From IMG/VR virus record IMGVR_UViG_3300020045_010202, positions 1 to 30,223 of that record: DNA of 30,223 nt. One strand, written 5' to 3'. Positions 1 through 8,484 of the stretch are shown in pieces (positions within the stretch are counted from its first letter, which is position 1; each line of letters starts with the position of its first letter). The position numbers and the translations under genes are program-made. This DNA comes from a virus (lineage: Duplodnaviria > Caudoviricetes). The notes under the pieces are model-generated. The model ran no database searches, had not been told where the DNA came from, and was given only the letters and a program-made list of their open reading frames with translations.

Positions 1-4
1 CAAC

Positions 5-43
5 CGTAACCCCAATCGAAGCGGAGGGCTTCGAGGAATTACG
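5..43 (+). other. Stem-loop upstream of first CDS (possible processing, stability or termination element)
   Basis: TCGAAGC-GGAGG-GCTTCGA 7-bp stem, enclosed by CGTAA/TTACG. Confidence 0.45.
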
Positions 44-70
44 GGCGTTTAATCTTTAACCCAAATTGAC

Positions 71-1150
71 ATGACTGGACTAAAACAATTGTCAAACTAC
101 ATCCCCTGGATGAAACAAGCCGGATGGGACGTTGGGCTTAAAGCTGGAACGCCAACGGAAAGTAGTATGCCCACGGGGGCTCTTGCTATTGATACGACCA
201 ATGGAAAGCTTTACCAAAACACTGGTACAGTGGTCTCAGCCACATGGCAGTCTCTTGGTGAAATTATCGCCTCAGAGATCTCACTTGCTGAAGGGAATCT
301 CCTTGTAGGTAATTCTTCCGGTGTGGGGGTTGCTTTGGTAGCTAAAACAAGTGGGCAGATCTTGGTTGGTAACGGAACTACTTTAGTTTCTGTTGCTCTT
401 TCTGGGGACGCCACGCTTGCTTCCAATGGTGCAATTACTGTGGTGGATCTTACTTTAGGATCCGATGCGGCCGGGGACATGTTCTACAAGACTTCTGCTA
501 CGGTGACGGCTCGTCTTGCGAAAGGTACGGCCGGGCAATATCTCCAAATGAATAGCGGGGCCACGGCACCTGAATGGGTGTCCTTGAGTGGTGACGCAAC
601 GATTTCAAATGGAGTGATTACCGTGGTAGACCTGACCTTAGGCTCTGACGCCGCCGGGGATATGTTCTACAAGACTTCTGCTACGGTGACGTCACGCTTG
701 GCAAAAGGAACTGCTTACCAGGTACTTCGTATGAACAGCGCCGCGACGGCTCCCGAATGGGGACTCGTATACGTTTCTGCGCTTGTCGGTAGTGAGGCTC
801 GAACAGCTACGGCTGACGGTCTTACCACCGGAGCCATCACGACCCCGACGGCTTTCAGGACGTTCATTACGGTTACTTCCGGAGCGGCAACCGATGCGAT
901 TACCTTACCTGTGATCTCATCAACAACCATTGGCCAAGAGGTTTTCCTGACAGTTACTACTAACGGTTACGAACTTCTCACGCCGGCCAGCTCGAACAAC
1001 ACCATCAACCAGGTTGACTCCGACGGAACCAATCAGCTTGATGTGGCAGCTAATACGACAGTACGTTGTACGCAAATCTCAGCAACCGCTTGGCTCGCTG
1101 AAACAATTGCCGCAACTACAATTGCTATTACTGCTCCTGACAATGACTAA
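71..1150 (+). CDS. Virion structural protein, probable capsid fibre/decoration protein with a 61-aa internal tandem repeat
   Basis: 359 aa, Gly/Thr/Ala-rich; N-terminal GALAIDTTNGKLYQNTGT motif; two copies of GDMFYKTSATVT.RLAKGTA.Q.L.MNS.ATAPEW; followed by a decoration-like gene. Confidence 0.65.
   Translation: MTGLKQLSNYIPWMKQAGWDVGLKAGTPTESSMPTGALAIDTTNGKLYQNTGTVVSATWQSLGEIIASEISLAEGNLLVGNSSGVGVALVAKTSGQILVGNGTTLVSVALSGDATLASNGAITVVDLTLGSDAAGDMFYKTSATVTARLAKGTAGQYLQMNSGATAPEWVSLSGDATISNGVITVVDLTLGSDAAGDMFYKTSATVTSRLAKGTAYQVLRMNSAATAPEWGLVYVSALVGSEARTATADGLTTGAITTPTAFRTFITVTSGAATDAITLPVISSTTIGQEVFLTVTTNGYELLTPASSNNTINQVDSDGTNQLDVAANTTVRCTQISATAWLAETIAATTIAITAPDND
398..760 (+). repeat. Intragenic tandem duplication, 183-nt period
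   Basis: Identical 30-mer ATGTTCTACAAGACTTCTGCTACGGTGACG at 479-508 and 662-691; the remaining differences are mostly synonymous. Confidence 0.9.
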
Positions 1151-1176
1151 TTTTAATTTCTAACCCATAAGAATTT

Positions 1177-1650
1177 ATGGCTCAACTAACAGGACCAACA
1201 CAGCTATTCAATTCTGATACCTCAGTCGTTGATGCTTCTCAAGTGCATCCACTTGGGACACGCGGCTGGGATACCAGTGGGAATGAGTATGTGTACCTTA
1301 AGGGAGTTGGATCAACCGTTGCGGGGGATCACGTAGTTTTCGATGAGAACTATGCGACCACTCGTTTAGTTGCTGATGAAGTGGGACCTGTAGCGATTGC
1401 TATGGCTGCCATTGATGCGACTACGGAATATGGATGGTATCAACGCTATGGAGTGAATACCATAGCCAAGACTGATACCGTTGCTGCTGATGCCGGAGTG
1501 TATATTGACGGGACCGCTGGTCGTGTTGATGACGCTGGTGTCGCTGGGGATCTGGTGATTGGTGAATACACCATGACGGCAGATACTTCAAATGTGGCTA
1601 CTGTATGGCTTAACTATCCACATGTTGCGAACAATGCTTATCTCACTTGA
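1177..1650 (+). CDS. Probable capsid decoration/cement protein
   Basis: 157 aa; LGTR..D..GNEYVY.K and YGW.Q..G motifs typical of phage head cement proteins; followed by a terminator. Confidence 0.6.
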   Translation: MAQLTGPTQLFNSDTSVVDASQVHPLGTRGWDTSGNEYVYLKGVGSTVAGDHVVFDENYATTRLVADEVGPVAIAMAAIDATTEYGWYQRYGVNTIAKTDTVAADAGVYIDGTAGRVDDAGVAGDLVIGEYTMTADTSNVATVWLNYPHVANNAYLT

Positions 1651-1657
1651 TGAGTAT

Positions 1658-1704
1658 TTCCACAGCCTTCTCTTCCTTAGGGAAGAGGGGGTCTGGAAGT
1701 TTTT
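1658..1704 (+). terminator. Rho-independent terminator
   Basis: GCCTTCTCTTCC-TTAG-GGAAGAGGGGGT 12-bp stem (three G-U), outer TTCCA/TGGAA, then GTTTTT. Confidence 0.8.
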
Positions 1705-1721
1705 ATCACCTATCAAACTTT

Positions 1722-2354
1722 ATGAAAAATTACTACGACCACGACACGTCACGACCTGTTGAAGCACTAGAGGCGGAGACACTTCAGGATATGACGGTGT
1801 TTAATCCGCTCAATAAGGCATTTACACACCCTTGGAATGGCGTGCCCTACACCCTTCCTCCTCATTCCATTACTCATCACCCTGCTTTTCTTGCCAAGCA
1901 TTTAGCAAAACACTTGGCTACGTTTATTTTCATTCATGTGGATAAGGGGTTTGTTGATAAGATCAACGCAGAAGGAAAGAGGATCCCTCGTGGTATTGGT
2001 ACTAAAGAACTTCAAATGATGGCAAGTGCTCTCTTAAATATCACTCCTCCGGTGGCCATGGCCGGGGACACCATTGAGATGGAAGCGCCCGAAGCTGATG
2101 AGGCTTATGAGGTTATGGATCTTAAAGATATGTTCCCAAAAGAAGCTGCTGCGAAAGCGGAGGAAGTGGTAGAAGAAGCGGAAATTGCTCCGGTTGGTGA
2201 GATGGAGGTTCCTGAAGGTGGCTTTGACGATGGAGAACTGGAAGTGGAAGAAAAACCTGAAGAAGAAACGCCCGTTTATGCTGCTGCCCCTTCTGAGGAC
2301 ACTCAGGTAAATCCAGTACCTCGAAGACGTGGCCGACAACCTAAATCTGAATAA
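1722..2354 (+). CDS. Hypothetical phage protein with acidic, low-complexity C-terminus
   Basis: ORF 1647..2354; start moved to ATG 1722 (MKNYYD) because the upstream part is the terminator. Confidence 0.7.
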   Translation: MKNYYDHDTSRPVEALEAETLQDMTVFNPLNKAFTHPWNGVPYTLPPHSITHHPAFLAKHLAKHLATFIFIHVDKGFVDKINAEGKRIPRGIGTKELQMMASALLNITPPVAMAGDTIEMEAPEADEAYEVMDLKDMFPKEAAAKAEEVVEEAEIAPVGEMEVPEGGFDDGELEVEEKPEEETPVYAAAPSEDTQVNPVPRRRGRQPKSE

Positions 2355-3070
2355 TGGGCGATGAATCCTATCTTCTTTATTTAGACAAAGAGATAGCCTT
2401 AAGGGAAAAAACCTTAGGTGGTATGGACGAGAAAATTGAAGAAGGGAGGAAAGAGCTAAACGATTTAAGTACAAAACTTTCAACAGTATCAGACGATTAC
2501 AAGAAAGCTGCCAGGAGAGAGGCAGCTTTCTTTGAGGAGGAAGTGAAGGTGGCTCAGGTGAAGAGAGATAAGTTTTTAAGAGAGAACAAGGAACTTATGG
2601 AGTCTTTACCTAAAAAGGAAAAAGAACTCGTGCGTTGGGAGGAAGATGTTTCTACTAGAGAGAAAGGGTTGGTGGCTTGGGAGTTTAGACTACAGGCTAA
2701 AGAGAAAAGACTGAATTTAGATATTGAAGCTGCCGTAGATAATCTTGAGACAGCTACTTTGTTCAAAAAACAGGCCACGGAGGACCGCGCTTTTGCCGCT
2801 GACCTAAAGGTCGAAGCTTCAAAAGTTTTAGCTTCTTTAAGGAAAAAACAGGTTGAACTTTCGACAAAGTTAGAAGAGGAGTGTAAAGTGTTAGTTGAAG
2901 AAAAGGAGCAAGCAATTAAGGCGAAAGAAGAGATGGGATTAGCAAAAACTAAGTATGAAGAAGGACTTAGTGATCTGAAGAAAGAGAATAAGAGAATTGC
3001 CTCTGCTTGGGAAGATATTTTATCCACTAAGAAACTTTTGGATGACAGACGCAAAAAGGGATCAAAATAG
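2354..3070 (+). CDS. Coiled-coil phage protein
   Basis: 238 aa, E/K-rich heptads; TAATG coupling to the previous gene. Confidence 0.75.
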   Translation: MGDESYLLYLDKEIALREKTLGGMDEKIEEGRKELNDLSTKLSTVSDDYKKAARREAAFFEEEVKVAQVKRDKFLRENKELMESLPKKEKELVRWEEDVSTREKGLVAWEFRLQAKEKRLNLDIEAAVDNLETATLFKKQATEDRAFAADLKVEASKVLASLRKKQVELSTKLEEECKVLVEEKEQAIKAKEEMGLAKTKYEEGLSDLKKENKRIASAWEDILSTKKLLDDRRKKGSK

Positions 3071-3320
3071 AGTTACGGTGCTGCTTGGGGTTTCTAATGT
3101 AGATGGCGTTACACCTACTCCGGTTTATGTGAATCCGGTGAGTCATGCAGTTTTGGTAAGCGGGGCTTCAGATGGTCTTACTCCAGTGGTAGGCACGAAG
3201 ATCAAAAGGGACTCCAATAGGGTTCCCGTGGGTAGAGGCGTGTCTTCGGCGGATGGCACTACTCCGCTTCCTTATCATGTGGATCCAACCACAAAAAGAC
3301 TTTTAGTTTCTAACGCTTAA
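3042..3320 (+). CDS. Small virion protein made of two KRD.NRV..GVS..DG.TP repeats
   Basis: Start at ATG 3042 ([11 protein letters not shown]), which aligns with the N-terminus of the next gene ([11 protein letters not shown]). Confidence 0.7.
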   Translation: MTDAKRDQNRVTVLLGVSNVDGVTPTPVYVNPVSHAVLVSGASDGLTPVVGTKIKRDSNRVPVGRGVSSADGTTPLPYHVDPTTKRLLVSNA

Positions 3321-3322
3321 AT

Positions 3323-4372
3323 ATGGCAGAAGCGAAACGCGATAACAATAGGGTAACGACCCTTATGGGGGTGTCCTCAGTAGATGGGGTTACTCCGGTG
3401 GAGATTTATGTTGATCCCGCCACGGGTCGTCTTTTGGTCTCCGGAGGAACTTCCGGGGCCCCAGCGGCGGCTAAATACATTGTTGCTGAGGCTCATGCTG
3501 ATTTGAGCGCTGAAGTGAACCTTGGAGCCCTTACAACGGGACTTTTGAAGCATACTGTTGCGGCGGGGGTGAGCACCCCGGCCACCGCAGTCGCCGGGAC
3601 GGATTACTATAATCCAGGTGGTACGGATGTTGCCGTGGCTGATGGTGGTACGAATTTGAGCTCTTACACGCAAGGTGATTTGCTTTACGCATCAGGCGCC
3701 ACCACCTTGGCGAAACTTGCTAAAAACGCCTCTGCGACGCGATATTTATCCAACACGGGGACAGACAACAACCCGGCGTGGGCACAGATAGATCTCTCTA
3801 ACGGTGTCACAGGAAACCTCGCGGTAGGGAATTTAAACTCGGGTACAAGCGCGTCCTCTTCTACGTTTTGGAGAGGTGATGGAACTTGGGCGACGCCTTC
3901 AAGCGGGAGTAGTGACGCTGTTCTTTTACCTGGGGGTTTTTTCTCCTCGAGTGCAACCGGGCTTACTAGTAGTGGCCGGGCAGTTGTTTTTAGAATGCAA
4001 GATGCGGCTGCTACCGATTTATTTTGTGTGGCCGTTGTACCTACGGGTAAGACGGGGATCAGCTCTATTACAGTAAGATATCTAGACACCACGGCTTCTG
4101 TTTTAAATTGGTATCTTCGTTTTTATGTTGATCATAATAAAGCGGGTGCGGCTAGACAGGACGACACCACAGATGTTCTTACAACGTATGCAAGTGTAGG
4201 TACTGTCGATTATATTGGCACTATCACCGTACCTGCAGCGGCTTATAATGGTTTAAGCAGTATCGTTGCTGGTGACACCATTGGTATACAAATACGTAGA
4301 GGTGCAGACGATGCGGCTGATACTACTAGTTTAGCCTTTGACGTTGTTTCTGTGGAAATTGTTTGGTCTTAA
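3323..4372 (+). CDS. Putative tail fibre / receptor-binding protein
   Basis: 349 aa; fibre motifs [24 protein letters not shown] and [12 protein letters not shown]; beta-rich C-terminal domain. Confidence 0.7.
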   Translation: MAEAKRDNNRVTTLMGVSSVDGVTPVEIYVDPATGRLLVSGGTSGAPAAAKYIVAEAHADLSAEVNLGALTTGLLKHTVAAGVSTPATAVAGTDYYNPGGTDVAVADGGTNLSSYTQGDLLYASGATTLAKLAKNASATRYLSNTGTDNNPAWAQIDLSNGVTGNLAVGNLNSGTSASSSTFWRGDGTWATPSSGSSDAVLLPGGFFSSSATGLTSSGRAVVFRMQDAAATDLFCVAVVPTGKTGISSITVRYLDTTASVLNWYLRFYVDHNKAGAARQDDTTDVLTTYASVGTVDYIGTITVPAAAYNGLSSIVAGDTIGIQIRRGADDAADTTSLAFDVVSVEIVWS

Positions 4373-4382
4373 TTACAAAAAA

Positions 4383-5879
4383 ATGCCAGCATCTACGATT
4401 CCAATTCTTGATTTTTCAGCGGGGGTAAACCCGGATCAAACTAAAACGGTTGGGTTTTCTTCGATGTACTGCTTGGACCCTCATACAACCCCTGGGGTGC
4501 TTCGTGTGAATAACAAAATGACGAACGATGACGATAGTGCTATCACCGATCTTGTTACTTGTTTTGACGCTTATGATGGGAACGCGAGTATTTCGGCCGC
4601 TCTTTTTGCGTATGATGACACGGGGGAATTGTTTTATCGTGTGTCCAATGTATGGACTTCGGTGCATACTAACGCCTCCGGTGGCGCAGGGAATTTCATC
4701 AAAGCCTTTCAAACGTCTCTTTACTATACGTGGTCAACTTCCGGGCGACTTGGGAAGCTCACGGGTGATCCAACGGTAGGGGGAAATTATACGGATTCTT
4801 TTAAGAATTTAGCTGCCGGGGGGAGTAGTGGAGATTATTACCCAATGGAAGTATTCGCAGGATCTCTTTACGTGGGGAGTGGTCGTTACGTGGGGAAACT
4901 TGAATCGGATGAAACTACCTTTACGTCTGCGGCACTTACCTTGGCTATTGGGTATGAGGTGCAGTCGATGGCCGTTTGGAATGATAGGCTTTGTTTAGGA
5001 ACGGTAAGTGGGAATAAAACCGTTTCTGAAATGATAGCATTCTGGGATGGGGTTTCAGATTTTCCTGAACAGATTATTGAAGTTCCAAAGCCCGGAGCGT
5101 CTGCTCTATTTAATTTCGACAATACTCTTTATGCGTTTGTTGGGGCTCAGGTGTACTACTTCACGGGAAGTGAATTTAAAGTTGCTTTCCAGTTGCCTAA
5201 ATTCTTTGATGGACTCACTAATGATAAGGTAAAAGTGCGCCCGGGCGCTGTTTGTTTATTCAATAATCAAATGCTCTTTGGTACGGCATGCCCAAGTAGC
5301 CAGGCGCTTAGTGTTTTTAGGTCTGGTATTTGGTCGTGGGGTTCTCATAGTGAGGCTTTTGCAAAACTTTTGATGTTCGCTTTTGAAGGTAGCGTGGGGA
5401 GCACTCCGACTTCTTTAGTGGAATGCGGTGCGCTTAAAACCTTTGGATCAAGTAACGATAAGCAGATTCTTTATTCTTCTTTTGAGTCAAGTGCCAGTTC
5501 AGGCATCGATCTTATAAGCTACACATTACGCAATCCAAGCTCTTCTTACCTTCTTACGGAGGCATATACGGTTGGGGGCGTGTTTGGTAAACTTTTGAAA
5601 GGCGTGCGATTTGAATTTGCCAAAGATATGAATACCACCCAGGCAACGAATAAAGTGGTTGTGAAATACAGGGCCGATGAAGATATAGATCCAAATGACG
5701 ATACAACTAATTTTACGACGTTGGGCACTATTGATAATGATACTGCGGGAAATAATAATCAGAACGATCTCCTTTATGGGATTTATCAAAGAGTGAAAAA
5801 GATTCAATTCAGATTTGAGTTCACGGCCAGTACGAGCTCCACACAAGGTCCGGAAATCACAGGCATTTACATATACTAA
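4383..5879 (+). CDS. Podovirus tail nozzle/stabilisation protein (T7 gp12 / P22 gp10-like beta-propeller)
   Basis: About 498 aa from MPASTIPILDFS.G; repeated beta-blade motifs; C-terminal IQFRFEF..GPEITGI; position in the tail cluster. Confidence 0.6.
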   Translation: MPASTIPILDFSAGVNPDQTKTVGFSSMYCLDPHTTPGVLRVNNKMTNDDDSAITDLVTCFDAYDGNASISAALFAYDDTGELFYRVSNVWTSVHTNASGGAGNFIKAFQTSLYYTWSTSGRLGKLTGDPTVGGNYTDSFKNLAAGGSSGDYYPMEVFAGSLYVGSGRYVGKLESDETTFTSAALTLAIGYEVQSMAVWNDRLCLGTVSGNKTVSEMIAFWDGVSDFPEQIIEVPKPGASALFNFDNTLYAFVGAQVYYFTGSEFKVAFQLPKFFDGLTNDKVKVRPGAVCLFNNQMLFGTACPSSQALSVFRSGIWSWGSHSEAFAKLLMFAFEGSVGSTPTSLVECGALKTFGSSNDKQILYSSFESSASSGIDLISYTLRNPSSSYLLTEAYTVGGVFGKLLKGVRFEFAKDMNTTQATNKVVVKYRADEDIDPNDDTTNFTTLGTIDNDTAGNNNQNDLLYGIYQRVKKIQFRFEFTASTSSTQGPEITGIYIY

Positions 5880-5881
5880 AA

Positions 5882-6421
5882 ATGATCCCAGATAACCATA
5901 ATCATGATGGAACGCCGTTAGGTGGGAAAAAGATAAGTGTTCGTAATTTGACTGATTATGAGCGGTATCTTTTTATCCCGGCGATTGAGTTTGAGGAAAC
6001 AGATGCCAATGCCGCTATAGCACAACTTTCAAATCATGCTGTGATGGTTTTTACGGATGCCGCTACGGGGGTAAGCACTTTGTCCTTCATGGTTCCTTCG
6101 ACGAAAAGGAGCATTTCTAAAATACAAGTGGTTTATTTTAATCAAAATAATAACAGCAATCTTTATCTCACGTTTGCTACCGAAAGGGCTCGTGAAGGCG
6201 TAGCGAATGTCACCGATGCCTCCACGATCGCGGCATACGCTACGGGGGCTACAGACAATGTTCTTGATTATATTGATGTGCCTAAATCGGCTTACGATGG
6301 GCTCCTCCAACTTAATCCCTTTGATATTATTGGCTTCAAGATCACAAGAACGGCTGGAGATGCAGCCGATACCTATAATGCAGATTGGAAAGTTTATGGT
6401 CTACTTGTTGAATTTTCTTGA
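5882..6421 (+). CDS. Virion protein paralogous to the C-terminal domain of 3323..4372
   Basis: Shared motifs VP....ISKI.V.Y, VP..AY.GL, D.IG..I.R...DAADT and C-terminal V.(W/F)S. Confidence 0.7.
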   Translation: MIPDNHNHDGTPLGGKKISVRNLTDYERYLFIPAIEFEETDANAAIAQLSNHAVMVFTDAATGVSTLSFMVPSTKRSISKIQVVYFNQNNNSNLYLTFATERAREGVANVTDASTIAAYATGATDNVLDYIDVPKSAYDGLLQLNPFDIIGFKITRTAGDAADTYNADWKVYGLLVEFS

Positions 6422-6435
6422 TAGAGAGCTATACT
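6408..6435 (+). promoter_or_regulatory. Possible internal sigma70-type promoter
   Basis: TTGAAT-N16-TATACT, 20 nt upstream of ATG 6455. Confidence 0.35.
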
Positions 6436-6454
6436 TGTTTTATAAACCACGTCT

Positions 6455-7378
6455 ATGCGAACTCTTGCAGAAATTGTCGCCTTTATACAGAGTGAGTTTA
6501 ATGATACTTCCAGTGGGATCCAGACACAGATTTATCGTTTAGTCAATCAAGGGCTTCGGAAGATCCGGGGGTATACGAAATGGAGATTCAGTGAGAAAAC
6601 AACCACAACAACCACCACTGCTTCCACGCAGAGTTACGATCTTCCCATTGATTTCAGAGCTTTGGCCGGAGCGCCAAGCGTTACGGTAGGAGGTGTTGAA
6701 TATTTTCCTCGCCCAATTGAGAGTAGGTCACAATGGGATAGGCTCAACGCGGATGCGGCAGACAGTCTTTCGGATATTCCGCTTTACTATACGATTATTC
6801 GTAACAAGCTTTTTCTGTGGCCCACGCCTTCTTCTTCAAGCAATACGATTACGTATAACTATATCGCCAATCCTCAGGACTACGCGGACGCTCATTTTTC
6901 GGATTACACGACGGGGACGATTACACTTACCAATGCCAGCGCTGCTGTTGTCGGCTCCGGGACAACCTTTGCCGCTACGCATGTGGGAAGGTATTTACGT
7001 GGGGACGTTGACGGCCAGTGGTATAAGATTTCTGCATTTACGGATACGACCCACATTACGTTAGAGCGCACGTTCCAGGGTACTACGGGCTCTACCCTTG
7101 CCTACAAGATTGGGACTCTCCCCGATTATGCGGTGAACTATCCCGATCTTATAGATGCGCTGGGGTATTATGTACTTCAGGCTCTTTGGAGAAAGAGGGA
7201 AGAGTTTTCAGCGCAAGGGGGACTTTCTACTCACTTCAAGTTGCTCTATGATGAGATTATGAAAGACTTTAAAAAGGAGTTCAATCAGTCGTATAGTGGC
7301 CCGGGAGTGGAGTATGTGGAATTCGGTAATCTCCCTGCAAATCCCAATTTAGATCCAACTAATTTAGCATCTTCATAA
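6455..7378 (+). CDS. Head-tail adaptor / tail tubular protein A-like, with inserted beta domain
   Basis: MRTLAEI..I..E.ND..I...+NQG...WRF..YDLP.DF..L..P..Y..LWPTP pattern; insert YTTGTIT..VVGSGTTF. Confidence 0.65.
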   Translation: MRTLAEIVAFIQSEFNDTSSGIQTQIYRLVNQGLRKIRGYTKWRFSEKTTTTTTTASTQSYDLPIDFRALAGAPSVTVGGVEYFPRPIESRSQWDRLNADAADSLSDIPLYYTIIRNKLFLWPTPSSSSNTITYNYIANPQDYADAHFSDYTTGTITLTNASAAVVGSGTTFAATHVGRYLRGDVDGQWYKISAFTDTTHITLERTFQGTTGSTLAYKIGTLPDYAVNYPDLIDALGYYVLQALWRKREEFSAQGGLSTHFKLLYDEIMKDFKKEFNQSYSGPGVEYVEFGNLPANPNLDPTNLASS

Positions 7379-7379
7379 T

Positions 7380-8462
7380 ATGCCAAACTTACCTAAGAAG
7401 CCGGAGGTTACACTTATAGACGGGATGACAATTAGAGAATATCGAGATAAGCAGATAGCGGATTCGATGAAACTCCGCGCGGAGCAGGTTAAACAAAAAA
7501 AGCAAGGGGAAGCGCCTCAGGGGGACATTGTCCCTCCCGGTACGGAACTTAAAACCCCGGCCCCTAAAACTCCGGAAGAACAACTTGCAGACTTGAAGCA
7601 GACTCAACAGAGTCTCATTAGTCAATATGGCAAGGAAACTTCCTCGGTGGGGAACCTCAGGCAGTCTGCTTTTGATAAACTTTTTGGTCCGGAGAGTTCT
7701 CTTCAGACTTTTTACAATCCAAACATTTCTTCCATAGAGGAGAACATTGCGGACGTTACCAAGTCACTCGATCTTCTTTCAGAGGATGTCACAGAGCGTC
7801 ACCAAGACGTTGGGCTCACTGAGGCACAGAAGCGTCGTATAGAGGCGAAAGAGCGTAGTGGGCTCACGGAGCAGCTTAGCGATCTTTCGAGCACTTACGA
7901 GGCCCTAATGAGCGGGAAATCAGCACAGATGAATCTTTCAGAGAAAGAGTATGAGGCTATGGTTGCGGATGCTACCACCGCCGTGGACTCAGCCGTTGAG
8001 GAGCTTAGGCTCAAATCAGGGCTTAATGATGCGGAGATTGCGAAGATTGAGGAGCAGCTCCGATTGAACCTGGAAACGAAGGTGGCCGAAGAGAAGGCTG
8101 CGAAGGAAGAACTTACTAAAAAGAAATCAGCCGTGGACGGTATTATCCAGGAAGCAATGAACACTGTTTACGCGGCGGGCGTTACCCCTTCAGCAGCATT
8201 TGAGAAGGTGATTAAAGATGCTCAGGATTTGGCTACCAAGGGGTACGATCTGGGGTACATCCAGTACCAGATTATGCAAGCTATTCAGCAAAACCCTCAG
8301 GTGAAGAAATATTTGACGACGGTTAATGCACCTAAAGCAAAGAGCTCAGGGGGTGAAGAGGAGGAAGAGGATGAATGGGACGCTGCAATGCCAAGTAGTG
8401 AGAAAGGAGATTGGCAAAAGAATCTTAAAGAGTTTGTTGATAAGAATAAAAAGAAAAAGTAA
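7380..8462 (+). CDS. Putative internal virion / DNA ejection protein
   Basis: 360 aa, helical, Q/E/A-rich; directly precedes the large internal virion gene. Confidence 0.5.
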   Translation: MPNLPKKPEVTLIDGMTIREYRDKQIADSMKLRAEQVKQKKQGEAPQGDIVPPGTELKTPAPKTPEEQLADLKQTQQSLISQYGKETSSVGNLRQSAFDKLFGPESSLQTFYNPNISSIEENIADVTKSLDLLSEDVTERHQDVGLTEAQKRRIEAKERSGLTEQLSDLSSTYEALMSGKSAQMNLSEKEYEAMVADATTAVDSAVEELRLKSGLNDAEIAKIEEQLRLNLETKVAEEKAAKEELTKKKSAVDGIIQEAMNTVYAAGVTPSAAFEKVIKDAQDLATKGYDLGYIQYQIMQAIQQNPQVKKYLTTVNAPKAKSSGGEEEEEDEWDAAMPSSEKGDWQKNLKEFVDKNKKKK

Positions 8463-8484
8463 AAGTTTATAGCCTAATTTTATT

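Noticed and set aside
3323-6421. Diversity-generating retroelement target/template pair
   Set aside because: The paralogy is at protein level only, with no near-identical repeat differing at adenines and no reverse transcriptase in the window
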